Assembly: GCA_963789265.1 (NCBI GenBank)
Contig: CAWBKB010000006.1
Location: forward strand, 224,001-288,000
Direction of reading: 5' to 3'
Length of the DNA stretch: 64,000 nucleotides
DNA from: an uncultured delta proteobacterium
GTDB taxonomy: Bacteria; Desulfobacterota; Desulfomonilia; Desulfomonilales; Desulfomonilaceae
Part shown: positions 30,118 to 39,520 of the stretch, piece by piece
How the letters are laid out: every line of letters starts with the position of its first letter
Position numbering within the stretch: position 1 is the stretch's first letter
Translations under genes and position numbers: made by a program
Notes under the pieces: model-generated
Told to the model about the DNA's origin: nothing
Seen by the model: only the letters and a program-made list of their open reading frames with translations
The model's database searches: none

Positions 30118-32784
30118 ATGAAAGAGGTAAACTTCACCCTGAACGGTACTCCTCAAACCGTGCTCGCGGAAGACGATCTGGTGCTTCTAGACTTTTTGCG
30201 AGAAGAGAAAGGATTGACGGGGACGAAGCAATCCTGCGATCGCCAAGGGCAATGTGGGGCCTGCACGGTAATCGTCAACAAGAAGGCCGTCCGTTCTTGT
30301 CTAACTCGGGTTGCGAGCCTGAGTGGCGCTGAAGTCATATCTATAGAAGGACTGGGCACTCCGGACAATCCGCATCTCATTCAAAAGGCGTTTGCTCTCA
30401 GCGGAGCCATTCAATGCGGTTTTTGCACTCCAGGGATGATTATGGCGTCGAAGGCCCTCTTGGACCGTGATCCCGATCCGGATACCGACATCATCAAGAA
30501 GGCCCTGTCTCATAATCTCTGTCGATGTACCGGCTACAAGAAGATTATCGATGCGGTCAAGCTCGCGGGTAGGCTGCTGCGCGGGGAAATCCGGCCCGAC
30601 GATCTGTATCCTGATGCAAACGAGGGGATGATAGGAGTCTCGTTGCCTCGTCCTACTGCCTTGCTTTTGGCAACTGGCAAGGCTCTTTTTACGGCGGACA
30701 TAAAGATGGAAGGGGTACTCGAGCTTGCAGCCGTGCGCTCACCTCATGCGCACGCCTTGATAAAATCCATCGACACATCGCGGGCCGAGGCGGTCCCGGG
30801 TGTAGTGTGCGTAATTAACGCCAAGGACATCAAGGGAACCAATCGGCTTAGAGAAGATCAACCCGTTCTTTGCGATTACAAAGTTCACGTGATGGGCGAC
30901 GCTGTCGCAGCCGTGATTGCCGACACCAAACAGAGTGCTCTGGAAGGCGCACAAGCTGTCGCGGTCGAATACGAACCCTTGTCGGAAATTCGCACGCCGG
31001 AAGAAGCCGTGGACGCCGGCAGTCCCCAAGTTCATGAAGGGACTGAAAATCTTTGCTACACCCATCCCCAGATCAAAGGGGACGCACAAACGGCGTTGGC
31101 AAATTCTCACTCGGTGGTGGAAGCACAGTTCTCGACTCAGCTTATCCATCAGTCGCCGCTGGAACCGGAAGCCTCTTTGGCGTATTTCGAAGCCGACCCG
31201 GACGGCGATGAGCCTCAACTGGTGGTAGTCGGCCGAAGCATCAACATCCATTACCACTTGAAAGTCCTGCAAGATGCTCTGGGATGGGAGAATATGCGGT
31301 ATGAGCAGGCTTTCATCGGCGGGCAGTTCGGAATTAAGATGGACATCACTGCCGAAGGGTTAGCAGCCGCAGCGGCTCTTCACGTACGACGTCCGGTAAG
31401 ATATGTTTGCAGCCTCACCGAGTCCATGTGGATAACTACCAAACGGCACCCATTCGACATGAAGGTGCAACTCGGAGCCGATCGTGACGGGAAGCTCACC
31501 GGTTACTCGATTGAGTTCACTGTTGAAAACGGGGCATACGTTTCAGCGGGCAAATCGGTTATTAATCGCGCCCTGTATATGTTGAGCGGCTCGTATCATA
31601 TACCCCACGTACACGCAATGGCGAGCCTCGTCTACACCAACAATGCGTGGGGAGGAGCCGCCCGAGGAGCGGGACCGCCTCAAGTAAATTTCGCCCTTGA
31701 GTCTGTCATGGAACTCTTGGCGGCCAAGCTGGATTTGGATCCTCTGGAATTTCGCCTCATGAATTCCCTGGAGCCCGGCCAATCTATCTCTACAGGCCAG
31801 GTGGTGGATGAATGGCCGTATGCCGTATGCCTTGAGACCCTCAGAAAACACTATGAGAGAGCTCGGAGAGATTGTGCCTCGGCCCGCGAAGGTCGATTCA
31901 GGCGAGGAGTGGGACTCGCGGGAGGAAGCTTCGGAATTGGCAGGGGCGGTCCGGACCGCTCTCAGGTAGCCGTGGAACTCATGCCTGACGGTGGCCTCAC
32001 TATTTACGGGTCAATTGCAGATCCGGGTGAAGGTAATGACGCCATGCTCACTCAGATCGCATCCCATCTCCTGGGAATTACCCCTAAGAAGATCCGCCTT
32101 GTCATCCGGGACACCGATAGCACTCCGGATTCAAGTTCGGCCTCGGGCAGCCGTGTGACGTATATGAGCGGAGGCGCCCTGGTTAACGCGATTGATGCCT
32201 TGAAAAAGGCTTTGGAAGAAGCCGGCGGAAACAGGTACGAACAACTGGTTGCCGCGGGAAAGCCGACAAAGTATCTTGGAACGAGGGTGGCAGAAACCAC
32301 ACTCTTGGACGCGGAGACCGGGCAGGGTGTGCCGTTCGAATCACGCGTTCACGGAGTTCAAATGGCCGAAGTCGAGGTCGATACGAAGACGGGTGAGGTT
32401 CGTTTGCTCAAGATGACCGCGGTGGTCGATCCGGGAACGGTTATTAACCCGCGCATTGTCGAAGGGCAGATCGAGGGCGGACTCGACATGGGCGCAGGCA
32501 TGGCTTTACGGGAGCACTACGTGCACGGTGAGACCAAAGATTGGATCACCTCCAAATTCCCCACAATGAAAACAGCCTTTAACATGGAGATCGTTTTGCT
32601 GCAGACCCCACGAAAAAGGGGAACGCTAGGCGCAGTCGGCATCGGAGAATTTGTTCTCCTGCCCACCGCTGCTGCCATAATCACGGCTATTCAAAATGCC
32701 ACCTCCGGAGAGCGCATTTGCCGGCTTCCGGTCACGCCGGCGCGAGTCCTGCGGTCCATGGACAAAGGAGCAGCACTGACCTAG
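30118..32784 (+). CDS. Molybdenum aldehyde oxidoreductase (Mop-type: two [2Fe-2S] plus Mo-MCD domain, no FAD domain)
   Basis: GTKQSCDRQGQCGAC, QCGFCTPG, NLCRCTGY; GGQFG, RGAGPPQ, GEGN, EGQIEGG; catalytic Glu in GIGEF. Confidence 0.92.
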   Translation: MKEVNFTLNGTPQTVLAEDDLVLLDFLREEKGLTGTKQSCDRQGQCGACTVIVNKKAVRSCLTRVASLSGAEVISIEGLGTPDNPHLIQKAFALSGAIQCGFCTPGMIMASKALLDRDPDPDTDIIKKALSHNLCRCTGYKKIIDAVKLAGRLLRGEIRPDDLYPDANEGMIGVSLPRPTALLLATGKALFTADIKMEGVLELAAVRSPHAHALIKSIDTSRAEAVPGVVCVINAKDIKGTNRLREDQPVLCDYKVHVMGDAVAAVIADTKQSALEGAQAVAVEYEPLSEIRTPEEAVDAGSPQVHEGTENLCYTHPQIKGDAQTALANSHSVVEAQFSTQLIHQSPLEPEASLAYFEADPDGDEPQLVVVGRSINIHYHLKVLQDALGWENMRYEQAFIGGQFGIKMDITAEGLAAAAALHVRRPVRYVCSLTESMWITTKRHPFDMKVQLGADRDGKLTGYSIEFTVENGAYVSAGKSVINRALYMLSGSYHIPHVHAMASLVYTNNAWGGAARGAGPPQVNFALESVMELLAAKLDLDPLEFRLMNSLEPGQSISTGQVVDEWPYAVCLETLRKHYERARRDCASAREGRFRRGVGLAGGSFGIGRGGPDRSQVAVELMPDGGLTIYGSIADPGEGNDAMLTQIASHLLGITPKKIRLVIRDTDSTPDSSSASGSRVTYMSGGALVNAIDALKKALEEAGGNRYEQLVAAGKPTKYLGTRVAETTLLDAETGQGVPFESRVHGVQMAEVEVDTKTGEVRLLKMTAVVDPGTVINPRIVEGQIEGGLDMGAGMALREHYVHGETKDWITSKFPTMKTAFNMEIVLLQTPRKRGTLGAVGIGEFVLLPTAAAIITAIQNATSGERICRLPVTPARVLRSMDKGAALT

Positions 32785-32807
32785 CGCCGAAGGGATCCAA
32801 CGACTCT

Positions 32808-33137
32808 ATGCAAACGCGCAGCCACACGACCAGAGTAATTGACGGTAAGGGGGTCGTTTTCGACGAAGAGGGATTTCTTTTGGACCCTGAAAGCTGGACG
32901 GAAACAATCGCCGAGACACTCGCGCGGGAAACAGGGATATTTACACTCACCAAACAACAATGGGCGATAATTAACTTGCTCCGCGCATTTTATCTCGCCA
33001 ACGGAAGGGCCCCGCTAAATCGAGATGTCAAGAGACAAACGGGTTTGAGCTTGCTGGAACTTGAGCGCCTTTTCCCGGGAGGCATACGAAACGGCGCGCG
33101 GCGTCTAGCCGGTCTTCCCAATCCCAGGAGTTGCTGA
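32808..33137 (+). CDS. TusE/DsrC-family sulfur relay protein (only the C-terminal Cys)
   Basis: FDEEGFLLDPESW, LFPGG, RLAGLPNPRSC; lacks the second DsrC cysteine. Confidence 0.85.
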   Translation: MQTRSHTTRVIDGKGVVFDEEGFLLDPESWTETIAETLARETGIFTLTKQQWAIINLLRAFYLANGRAPLNRDVKRQTGLSLLELERLFPGGIRNGARRLAGLPNPRSC

Positions 33138-33144
33138 ACACCGG

Positions 33145-34306
33145 ATGGCTTCCGACTCACCTGTCATATATCTGGACAATGCAGCCACAACTTTCCCTAA
33201 GCCTGCTCAGGTCGTTCAGGAAATGTTCGAGACCTATTCTCGGCTGGGCGTTTCACCGGGTCGCGGCAGCTATGACCTGGCCGTGCAGTGCGAGCACTAC
33301 GTGCGGGAGGTTCGGGGCCGGATCAGCGATTTTTTCGGGGGTGACGGCGCCGATCGAGTGGCTTTCTCGTGCAGCTCCACAGATGCCCTCAATACCATTA
33401 TACTCGGCATGGCCGAACCGGGATGCCACGTAGTAAGTTCGCAGCTGGAGCATAACTCGGTCCTAAGACCTCTCCATCACCTGCGCGAAAGAGGGATGAT
33501 CACCTTTGATCCGGTTCCCCTTGACGGGGACGGATTCATAGATCCCCAGGACGTGTCTAAGCTCATCAAGCCTGCTACCAGGTTTGTTATCCTAAACCAC
33601 GTATCCAACGTTTCTGGGAACGATCCAGCCGGTCCGGGAAATCGGCCGGATATGTGTCGATCGGGACATTCCGTTCATACTCGATGTGTCCCAAAGTGCC
33701 GGCGTTGTGCCTATTAACATGCGAGATATGCATGTCAGCGTTGTTGCATTCACAGGTCATAAGTCCCTGATGGGTCCCACAGGGATCGGCGGCCTCATGT
33801 TCCGAGAGGGGATCGACATCCGAGCCACCCGATTCGGCGGAACCGGCACCGATTCCTGGAGTCCTGCTCACCCTGAGGCATATCCGGATCGGCTGGAAGC
33901 CGGCACACTCAACGTCATCGGAATTATGGGGCTATCCGCAGGACTCCGATATATAGCAGATCGCGGTATGGCGAACATTCACAGCCACGAGATGTTGCTT
34001 GTCCAAACGCTCAGAGACGGCTTATCTGAGATGAAAGGGGTCAAGATGTATTGCGCGGAGAGGCTGGACAATCATATCGCGGTCATCGTCTGCAATGTCG
34101 AGAATATCGATCCCGAAGATTTCGCGGCTATTCTGGACGCGGACTTCAACATTGCCACACGGAGCGGCCTCCATTGTGCTCCACTGGTGCATGAGCGTCT
34201 TGGGACCAGCCCGCGAGGGGCCGTGCGCTTTAGTATTGGACCGTTGAATTCAGATGCAGATATATCAGCCGCTTTGTCGGCTGTTCGTGCTGTTGCCCGC
34301 GCTTAG
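33145..34306 (+). pseudogene. Cysteine desulfurase family aminotransferase class V; +1 frameshift at about 33612, probably an assembly error
   Basis: IYLDNAATTFPKP, LEHNSV, corrected NHVSNVLGTIQP, FTGHK (PLP lysine), TRSGLHCAP catalytic Cys. Confidence 0.87.
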
Positions 34307-34312
34307 AGTAGT

Positions 34313-34504
34313 TGTCCAAAATGATGTCCGTTTGAAACGAGGAGACGGGGAACCAGGTAATCCATTCGAAGGGCCTCTGGTTCGTCATTCCGGCCAGCTC
34401 CGGACTGGTGTCCGGGGCAGGAGCCGGAATCCGAGATCTGGACCCCGGATCGGAGTCCGGGGTGGCCCCGCGTTCCGCAGGGCAAATCGGACAAAAATTT
34501 TGAC
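34313..34504. repeat. MITE-like shell (TGTCCAAAATGATGTCCG...CGGACAAAAATTTTGACA) containing CCGGA..TCCGG REP modules
   Basis: Imperfect terminal inverted repeats; internal modules also seen near 20372, 43165, 61537 and 63242. Confidence 0.55.
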
Positions 34505-34587
34505 AATTTCTATAATCATCGGCTTGGCTCTTGCATTAGTCCAACCAGTTTCTGCCGACGGTTCGTCAGGCAAGAATGAGGGTAGCC

Positions 34588-36594
34588 ATGTCTTTCTCCA
34601 CCATACCTACCATCTGCAAGATATGTGATGAGCACTGCGGCCTTTTGGTAGCAGATGACGGCCAAAAGGCTACCATAAACGGAAATCGCAGTCACCCGGT
34701 CAGCAAGGGATTTATATGCGTTAAAGGGAAGCATTATGGGGAGGTTCATTATTCTCCTCAGCGATTAGACATGCCTTTACTTAAGAGCAAGTCCGGATGG
34801 AAGAAAATAACATTTGAAAATGCTCTGGATATCTTGGCTTCGAATATTGTGCGCTGCAAAGCAAACTTTGGAGCAGAGAGCGTGGTTCTCTTCAAAGGAG
34901 AAGCCCTGAAACACTTTGAAATCGCTCAGTACCTGCGGCATCTGGCAAACGGATTCGGGTCGCCCAATTACATCTCGATCGGGAGTCTTTGTCATCATGC
35001 ACAGGTTATGGGACATTCCCTAACTTATGGAGCCAAGCCGCTTCCCGCTTTTGGGAGGATCAACGCTGCGCTTGTCTGGGGCTCCAATCCCGCGGCTTCA
35101 TCTCCCAGAATGTTTTCGGAATTGGCCAAGGCCGTGCGTAAAGGGACAAAGCTGATTGTGATAGATCCCGCACGCTCTCTAACTGCCAAGCTGGCTCATC
35201 TTCATATCCCTATCCGCCCCGGTTCCGATGGCTTTCTGGCGTTGGCGATGCTCAAGCAGGCCATCGAGAGAAGAAATCTGAGCCCGAAGGACGGCATGGA
35301 AGTAGGCTGGGATGAAATGGTCGAATTGATCGGCGGCCTGTCCTACAGGGAGCTTCTCGAGAGATCCGATGTGAGCGAGGCAGAGTTTGGCAAAGCCTGC
35401 GATCTGATTTTCGAGAATTTGCCGTGCTGGACCAGACTGGGACTAGGGGTGGAACATCGACCGGGCGGCGTGCAAACCATCAGGGCGATTGCCTGTCTCC
35501 AATCCCTCCTGGATACCGATAACCGACCATGCCATGTTGCCGCTCCGCTAAAGCCTTTGCCTGGAGCCGATCAATACCCTCACATGCCACCACCAATAGG
35601 TGACGAGTGGACTCCTCTGTTTACAAGAGGTCGACGGGAGGGCCAAGGTATGCTACTGACTGGAGCAGTTCTCGACAATGATCCATATCCCATACGTGCC
35701 ATGCTCATTGTCGGAAGCGACCCCCTGCTTACTTTTCCGTCGGTGTCCCGCCATAAACAAGCTCTTGGAAAGCTCGACTTTCTCGCAGTTTGCGATCTGT
35801 TCATGACAGCTTCAGCCGAGTTGGCTGACCTGGTTATTCCTGGTGCGGATCTATTGGACAACATGGAACTCCATGATTACGGTCGAATTGGTCTGCCCTA
35901 TCTTGGGTTAACGCAGCCTGCTACTTCATCTCCCAAGGGATGGCCGATATGGAAGTTGGTGTTTGAGCTTTCAAGAAGGCTTGGATTGAACCGTCTGTTC
36001 CCCTGGGGAGACAATCGAGAGGCACTGAGCTATCGGCTGTCCGACACCAATATGAAATTCAATGACTTGGAGAATAGTCAAAGCTCCACCGTACCGTACG
36101 ATTTTCAAAAACCCTCTACGAAGCGCTGGAACACTGCGGATGGAAAAGTGCATTACCGATCGAACGAATTGAATGCGACTGGACAACCAGGGCTACCGAT
36201 TCCCGAGGCACTCCAATTACCTGCTCAAACGAGCAGAGACTTCCCGTTTTGGCTGAGTGCAGGCGACCGGGTCCTGGCCTATCAGCATGGACAGTTTCGA
36301 GGAATTCCGGCGTTCAGGAAGTTGGTTCCCGAGCCTCTTCTGGACATTCATCCAGAGGCTGCCTCAAGACTTGAGATACAATCGGGTGAATTCGTGGTTG
36401 TCTCGACCGAATACGGTAAAATAGAAATACGGGCTAACCTGTCTCCGGAGATGAGAGAAGACTGTCTGCGAATGCCTCATGGTTGGGAGCAAGCGAATGC
36501 CAACGAGCTTACCGGTCTGGAACATTTTGATTCGATATCAGGTTTCCCTTGGTTTAAGGCTCTTCCGGCCAATGTAGAAAAAAAGGTGCAATGA
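34588..36594 (+). CDS. Cytoplasmic Mo/W-bisPGD oxidoreductase (DMSO reductase family) with an N-terminal [4Fe-4S] cluster
   Basis: CKICDEHC...ICVKG; SLCH putative metal ligand; WGSNP, IDP, DLFMTASAELADLVIP; C-terminal molydop_binding domain; no Tat signal. Confidence 0.9.
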   Translation: MSFSTIPTICKICDEHCGLLVADDGQKATINGNRSHPVSKGFICVKGKHYGEVHYSPQRLDMPLLKSKSGWKKITFENALDILASNIVRCKANFGAESVVLFKGEALKHFEIAQYLRHLANGFGSPNYISIGSLCHHAQVMGHSLTYGAKPLPAFGRINAALVWGSNPAASSPRMFSELAKAVRKGTKLIVIDPARSLTAKLAHLHIPIRPGSDGFLALAMLKQAIERRNLSPKDGMEVGWDEMVELIGGLSYRELLERSDVSEAEFGKACDLIFENLPCWTRLGLGVEHRPGGVQTIRAIACLQSLLDTDNRPCHVAAPLKPLPGADQYPHMPPPIGDEWTPLFTRGRREGQGMLLTGAVLDNDPYPIRAMLIVGSDPLLTFPSVSRHKQALGKLDFLAVCDLFMTASAELADLVIPGADLLDNMELHDYGRIGLPYLGLTQPATSSPKGWPIWKLVFELSRRLGLNRLFPWGDNREALSYRLSDTNMKFNDLENSQSSTVPYDFQKPSTKRWNTADGKVHYRSNELNATGQPGLPIPEALQLPAQTSRDFPFWLSAGDRVLAYQHGQFRGIPAFRKLVPEPLLDIHPEAASRLEIQSGEFVVVSTEYGKIEIRANLSPEMREDCLRMPHGWEQANANELTGLEHFDSISGFPWFKALPANVEKKVQ

Positions 36595-36810
36595 CATAGC
36601 GTTGAGCTTCACGCTAAAGGCGAAACGTGTGGTTCCACGTTCCCGGTTTGTCTTCTAAAGGAGCGGGCTTTCAAGATAATTTTAGGGGAGAATGTCATTC
36701 GCCCCTACAGAAGAGACACCTGGCCCGCTTGGAGCGGTTCTCGAAAGTATCGGCGTAATACGCTAGTTAGTTGGCCCCCAATTTAGACTGGTGGGACAGT
36801 CCCGCTAGGC

Positions 36811-36927
36811 GCGCGTAGGCGTTAAGTTAACCCCGCAAAACGCGGGGTTCCCCCCTGTCGTAAAGGGGGGCCAGGGGGGATTTTGGGATAACTCATTGAA
36901 AATCCCCCTAAATCCCCCTTTAGAAAA
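36811..36927. mobile_element. Left part of a MITE interrupted by the IS1595 element
   Basis: Close match to the reverse complement of 49354-49468. Confidence 0.85.
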
Positions 36928-36940
36928 CGCGATATTATAC

Positions 36941-36969
36941 TTGACAACCCCAGCCAAAAGTGTTATATT
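36941..36969 (+). promoter_or_regulatory. Sigma-70 promoter of the transposase, with the -35 box inside the left inverted repeat
   Basis: TTGACA (36941-46), 17 nt, TATATT (36964-69) with an extended TG. Confidence 0.7.
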
Positions 36970-36992
36970 AGGTCCAGATAAGGGGGTCTGCC

Positions 36993-37955
36993 ATGCAAAA
37001 ATCAGTTATTTCCGACCCAAAATTCCACAATGAAGAAGCCGCGTACGCGTACATTGAATCCTGTCTCTGGCCAAAAGGTCCGGTTTGCCCTCATTGCGGT
37101 TCGACTCACCGCATCGGGAAACTGCATGGCAAGAGTTATCGTATCGGCCTTTACAAGTGCTATGTATGTCGAAAGCAGTTCACTGTCAAGATCGGAACTG
37201 TCTTTGAAGATAGTCATATCCCGCTGGATGTCTGGGTTTCCGCCATTTATCTGATTTCCGCTTCTAAGAAGGGAATAAGCGCGAACCAACTTCACAGGAC
37301 CTTGGGCATTACCCTCAAAAGTGCATGGTTCCTCGGTCATCGCATTCGAGAAGCTATGAGAAGCGGAGATTTAGCACCCTTCGGCGCAAACGGTGGTGCT
37401 GTAGAATCGGATGAAACTTTCCTCTGGAACGAACCAGGGAAAGAGGTAAAGAAGGGGTACGCGCACAAGCGCAAGATTCTATCTTTGATCGACCGGGAGT
37501 CCGGTTGTTCGCGCAGCATGGTAGTTGATGCCGTTGACGCAAAAACTATCGTTCCTATCCTCCAGGAGAACATCGACCGGGAAGCTCGAGTTATGACCGA
37601 CGATGCCGGCCAGTATTGCCACATTAATGAAAACTTTGCCGAGCACGGAATGGTCCAGCACAGCAATGGCGAGTATGTCTCAAAGAAAGATCATACCATT
37701 CACGTCAACTGCGCGGAAGGCTTCTTTTCGATCTTCAAGCGAGGAATGAAGGGCATCTATCAACATTGCAAAAAACACCATCTGCATCGCTATCTTGCTG
37801 AATTCGACTTCCGGTATAATAATCGTTGTGGCAGACCTGCAACCCCAAAGAGACCTGCTCGTGAGGGCCTTGACGATGTACAGAGAGCAGAAGTGCTGCT
37901 TAGGGGCGTAGTAGGAAGGCGTCTTACCTATCAAACGACTAGTGGGCAAGCCTGA
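36993..37955 (+). CDS. IS1595-family DDE transposase with an N-terminal zinc ribbon
   Basis: CPHC..CYVC, GTVFEDSHIPL, ESDETF, MTDD, HVNCAEGFFS and YLAEFDFRYN motifs. Confidence 0.95.
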   Translation: MQKSVISDPKFHNEEAAYAYIESCLWPKGPVCPHCGSTHRIGKLHGKSYRIGLYKCYVCRKQFTVKIGTVFEDSHIPLDVWVSAIYLISASKKGISANQLHRTLGITLKSAWFLGHRIREAMRSGDLAPFGANGGAVESDETFLWNEPGKEVKKGYAHKRKILSLIDRESGCSRSMVVDAVDAKTIVPILQENIDREARVMTDDAGQYCHINENFAEHGMVQHSNGEYVSKKDHTIHVNCAEGFFSIFKRGMKGIYQHCKKHHLHRYLAEFDFRYNNRCGRPATPKRPAREGLDDVQRAEVLLRGVVGRRLTYQTTSGQA

Positions 37956-37988
37956 GAAGGGGAACGAAGAGAGGCAAGAGGACAAAAA

Positions 37989-38165
37989 ATGGGAAGAAAA
38001 AAGAAGCCGGAATCGGATGATCCGGAGCGATCCGCTCGGTTCATAGAAACTGCCCAGCGGATTCAAGCCGAAGATGCAGAAGAGAGATTTGAAGAGGCTA
38101 TGAAAAAAATCGCAGCAGCGACGGGGCCGCGGATTTCAAACCAAAAGGATACCTCTAGAGAATAG
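37989..38165 (+). CDS. Small IS-encoded helical protein (58 aa, MGRKKKPESDDPERSARFIETAQRIQAEDAEERFEEAMKKIA...)
   Basis: Read manually (below the ORF-track cutoff); SD GAGG upstream; lies directly downstream of the transposase. Confidence 0.65.
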   Translation: MGRKKKPESDDPERSARFIETAQRIQAEDAEERFEEAMKKIAAATGPRISNQKDTSRE

Positions 38166-38202
38166 TCCCAACCACCAGGTTTACTTCCGAAAAACGGTGA
38201 CC

Positions 38203-39078
38203 CTAAGAAATATCAACCAACTGAGGCAATTTCAGAATTGCATTAACGGTTAATTGAACTGTACCTTTCAGGTCTTTGACGCTATTTTCGTTATAGTCTT
38301 GGCCATGATGAATAAGATCATTTCTTTCCGGTCTGACGCCATTTAGTAGGTCACAGCAACTATTATATTGTTTCTTGAATTTATGGGAGGGATGCCCCTT
38401 TTCCCATTTTTTCATTTCATCTCGACATCTGCCGAGGAGGTTTCCCCAAGAGTCTTCGTCTGGATTGAAGGTTACATTTGGTAGTTTGCTAGCGAAACGC
38501 TGAACTAGGAGTTCCATGATTCGCATCAGATGAAAGGCGGCCGCGGTGTATTCTTCGAGGGCATAACACCGTCTTGCCTTTCTCTCTTCGGCTTTTATGT
38601 CTGGAAAATTCTTCAGCGTTCTTCTGCTCAGAAATGCTTCTTTCCCGTCACAAAACTTTTTATAATCCGGTCGGATTCGGTACCAAATTTCGGCCTTGAG
38701 TTCGGCACTCATTTTGCCAGGAAGTGCGGTGAGCATACGTTTTACTTCGGCGATATCCCACATGACATTTCTGGCCAAATAGACGTGAAGGTCTCTTGAG
38801 CGATCCTCTAGTACCCGCAATCCCATTTTGGCTGAAAGTTCATGTAGTCTCCTTGCCTGCTCTGTGATGTGAGGAATATTCGCAATGGACTTCTTTCCTG
38901 GAAACTCAATAGGAAAGATAGCCAAACATCCGTGTAACCATCCAAGGAGTCTCCAAATCTCGGTGAAATCGTTTGCCTTGATCCTCAACACGTCCCACAA
39001 ACTCACAACTCGGTGTGCTTGAATCAAATTATCTTCGCACATCGCCTTGTCTTTTTTCAACTCAAATGCGAAATTCAT
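38203..39078 (-). CDS. IS passenger gene; probable C-terminal HEPN domain (predicted RNase)
   Basis: ARRCYALEEYTAAAFHLMRIME helix followed by the RxxxxH motif RNDLIH; visibly more AT-rich than neighbouring genes. Confidence 0.65.
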   Translation of the reverse strand: MNFAFELKKDKAMCEDNLIQAHRVVSLWDVLRIKANDFTEIWRLLGWLHGCLAIFPIEFPGKKSIANIPHITEQARRLHELSAKMGLRVLEDRSRDLHVYLARNVMWDIAEVKRMLTALPGKMSAELKAEIWYRIRPDYKKFCDGKEAFLSRRTLKNFPDIKAEERKARRCYALEEYTAAAFHLMRIMELLVQRFASKLPNVTFNPDEDSWGNLLGRCRDEMKKWEKGHPSHKFKKQYNSCCDLLNGVRPERNDLIHHGQDYNENSVKDLKGTVQLTVNAILKLPQLVDIS

Positions 39079-39134
39079 ATCTGTTCCCCTTTCTTGTAGG
39101 CGATCAACCTGGGGTTGTCAAGTATAATATCGCC

Positions 39135-39204
39135 TTAGAAAAGGGGGACTTTGATAGCCCTCGGCCTCCATTCACTTCTTGCAAAGGAACGAAATTGCCT
39201 TAAG
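39135..39204. mobile_element. Right part of the interrupted MITE
   Basis: TTAGAAAAGGGGGACTTTGA...GGAACGAAATTGCCTTAAG matches the reverse complement of 49290-49360. Confidence 0.85.
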
Positions 39205-39520
39205 GGACAGCCTGTCGCTGATGGACGGGCAGCCCCGCGTTCCGCGGGGCGCCGCTACCAAATCTTTCCTTTTCCGTGATTTCTTTTGAGAATCACCGTA
39301 GTTTAGCGCTGATGTGTGCCGAAGAGGGACGTGGGGCGGGTTTGGACTCCGCCCTTCCAAGTCCTTTCCCTCTTCGAGAAGGCGGGGGGACAATGGCCGG
39401 AATTACAGAGGCTGTTTTCACATTTTGATGCCTAATGATACAAAAGTGCGTATATTCCTGCGAGAATCGTCATGCCTTTCTCTACAGGCTATGACTCGGC
39501 AAGCGCTACTGGATTTTTTG

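Larger units (their letters stand above)
36928..39134 (+). mobile_element. Complete IS1595-family insertion sequence carrying passenger genes (tIS)
   Basis: Perfect 25-bp inverted repeats GCGATATTATACTTGACAACCCCAG (36929-36953 and 39109-39133); 8-bp direct repeat TTAGAAAA at 36920-36927 and 39135-39142. Confidence 0.95.

Noticed and set aside
32808..33137. True DsrC of dissimilatory sulfite reduction
   Set aside because: It lacks the second conserved cysteine and there is no dsr gene context.
33129..33140. TGC-TGA at the end of TusE as possible Cys-Sec
   Set aside because: Read-through gives unrelated sequence overlapping the next gene, no convincing SECIS is visible, and the family normally ends at this point.
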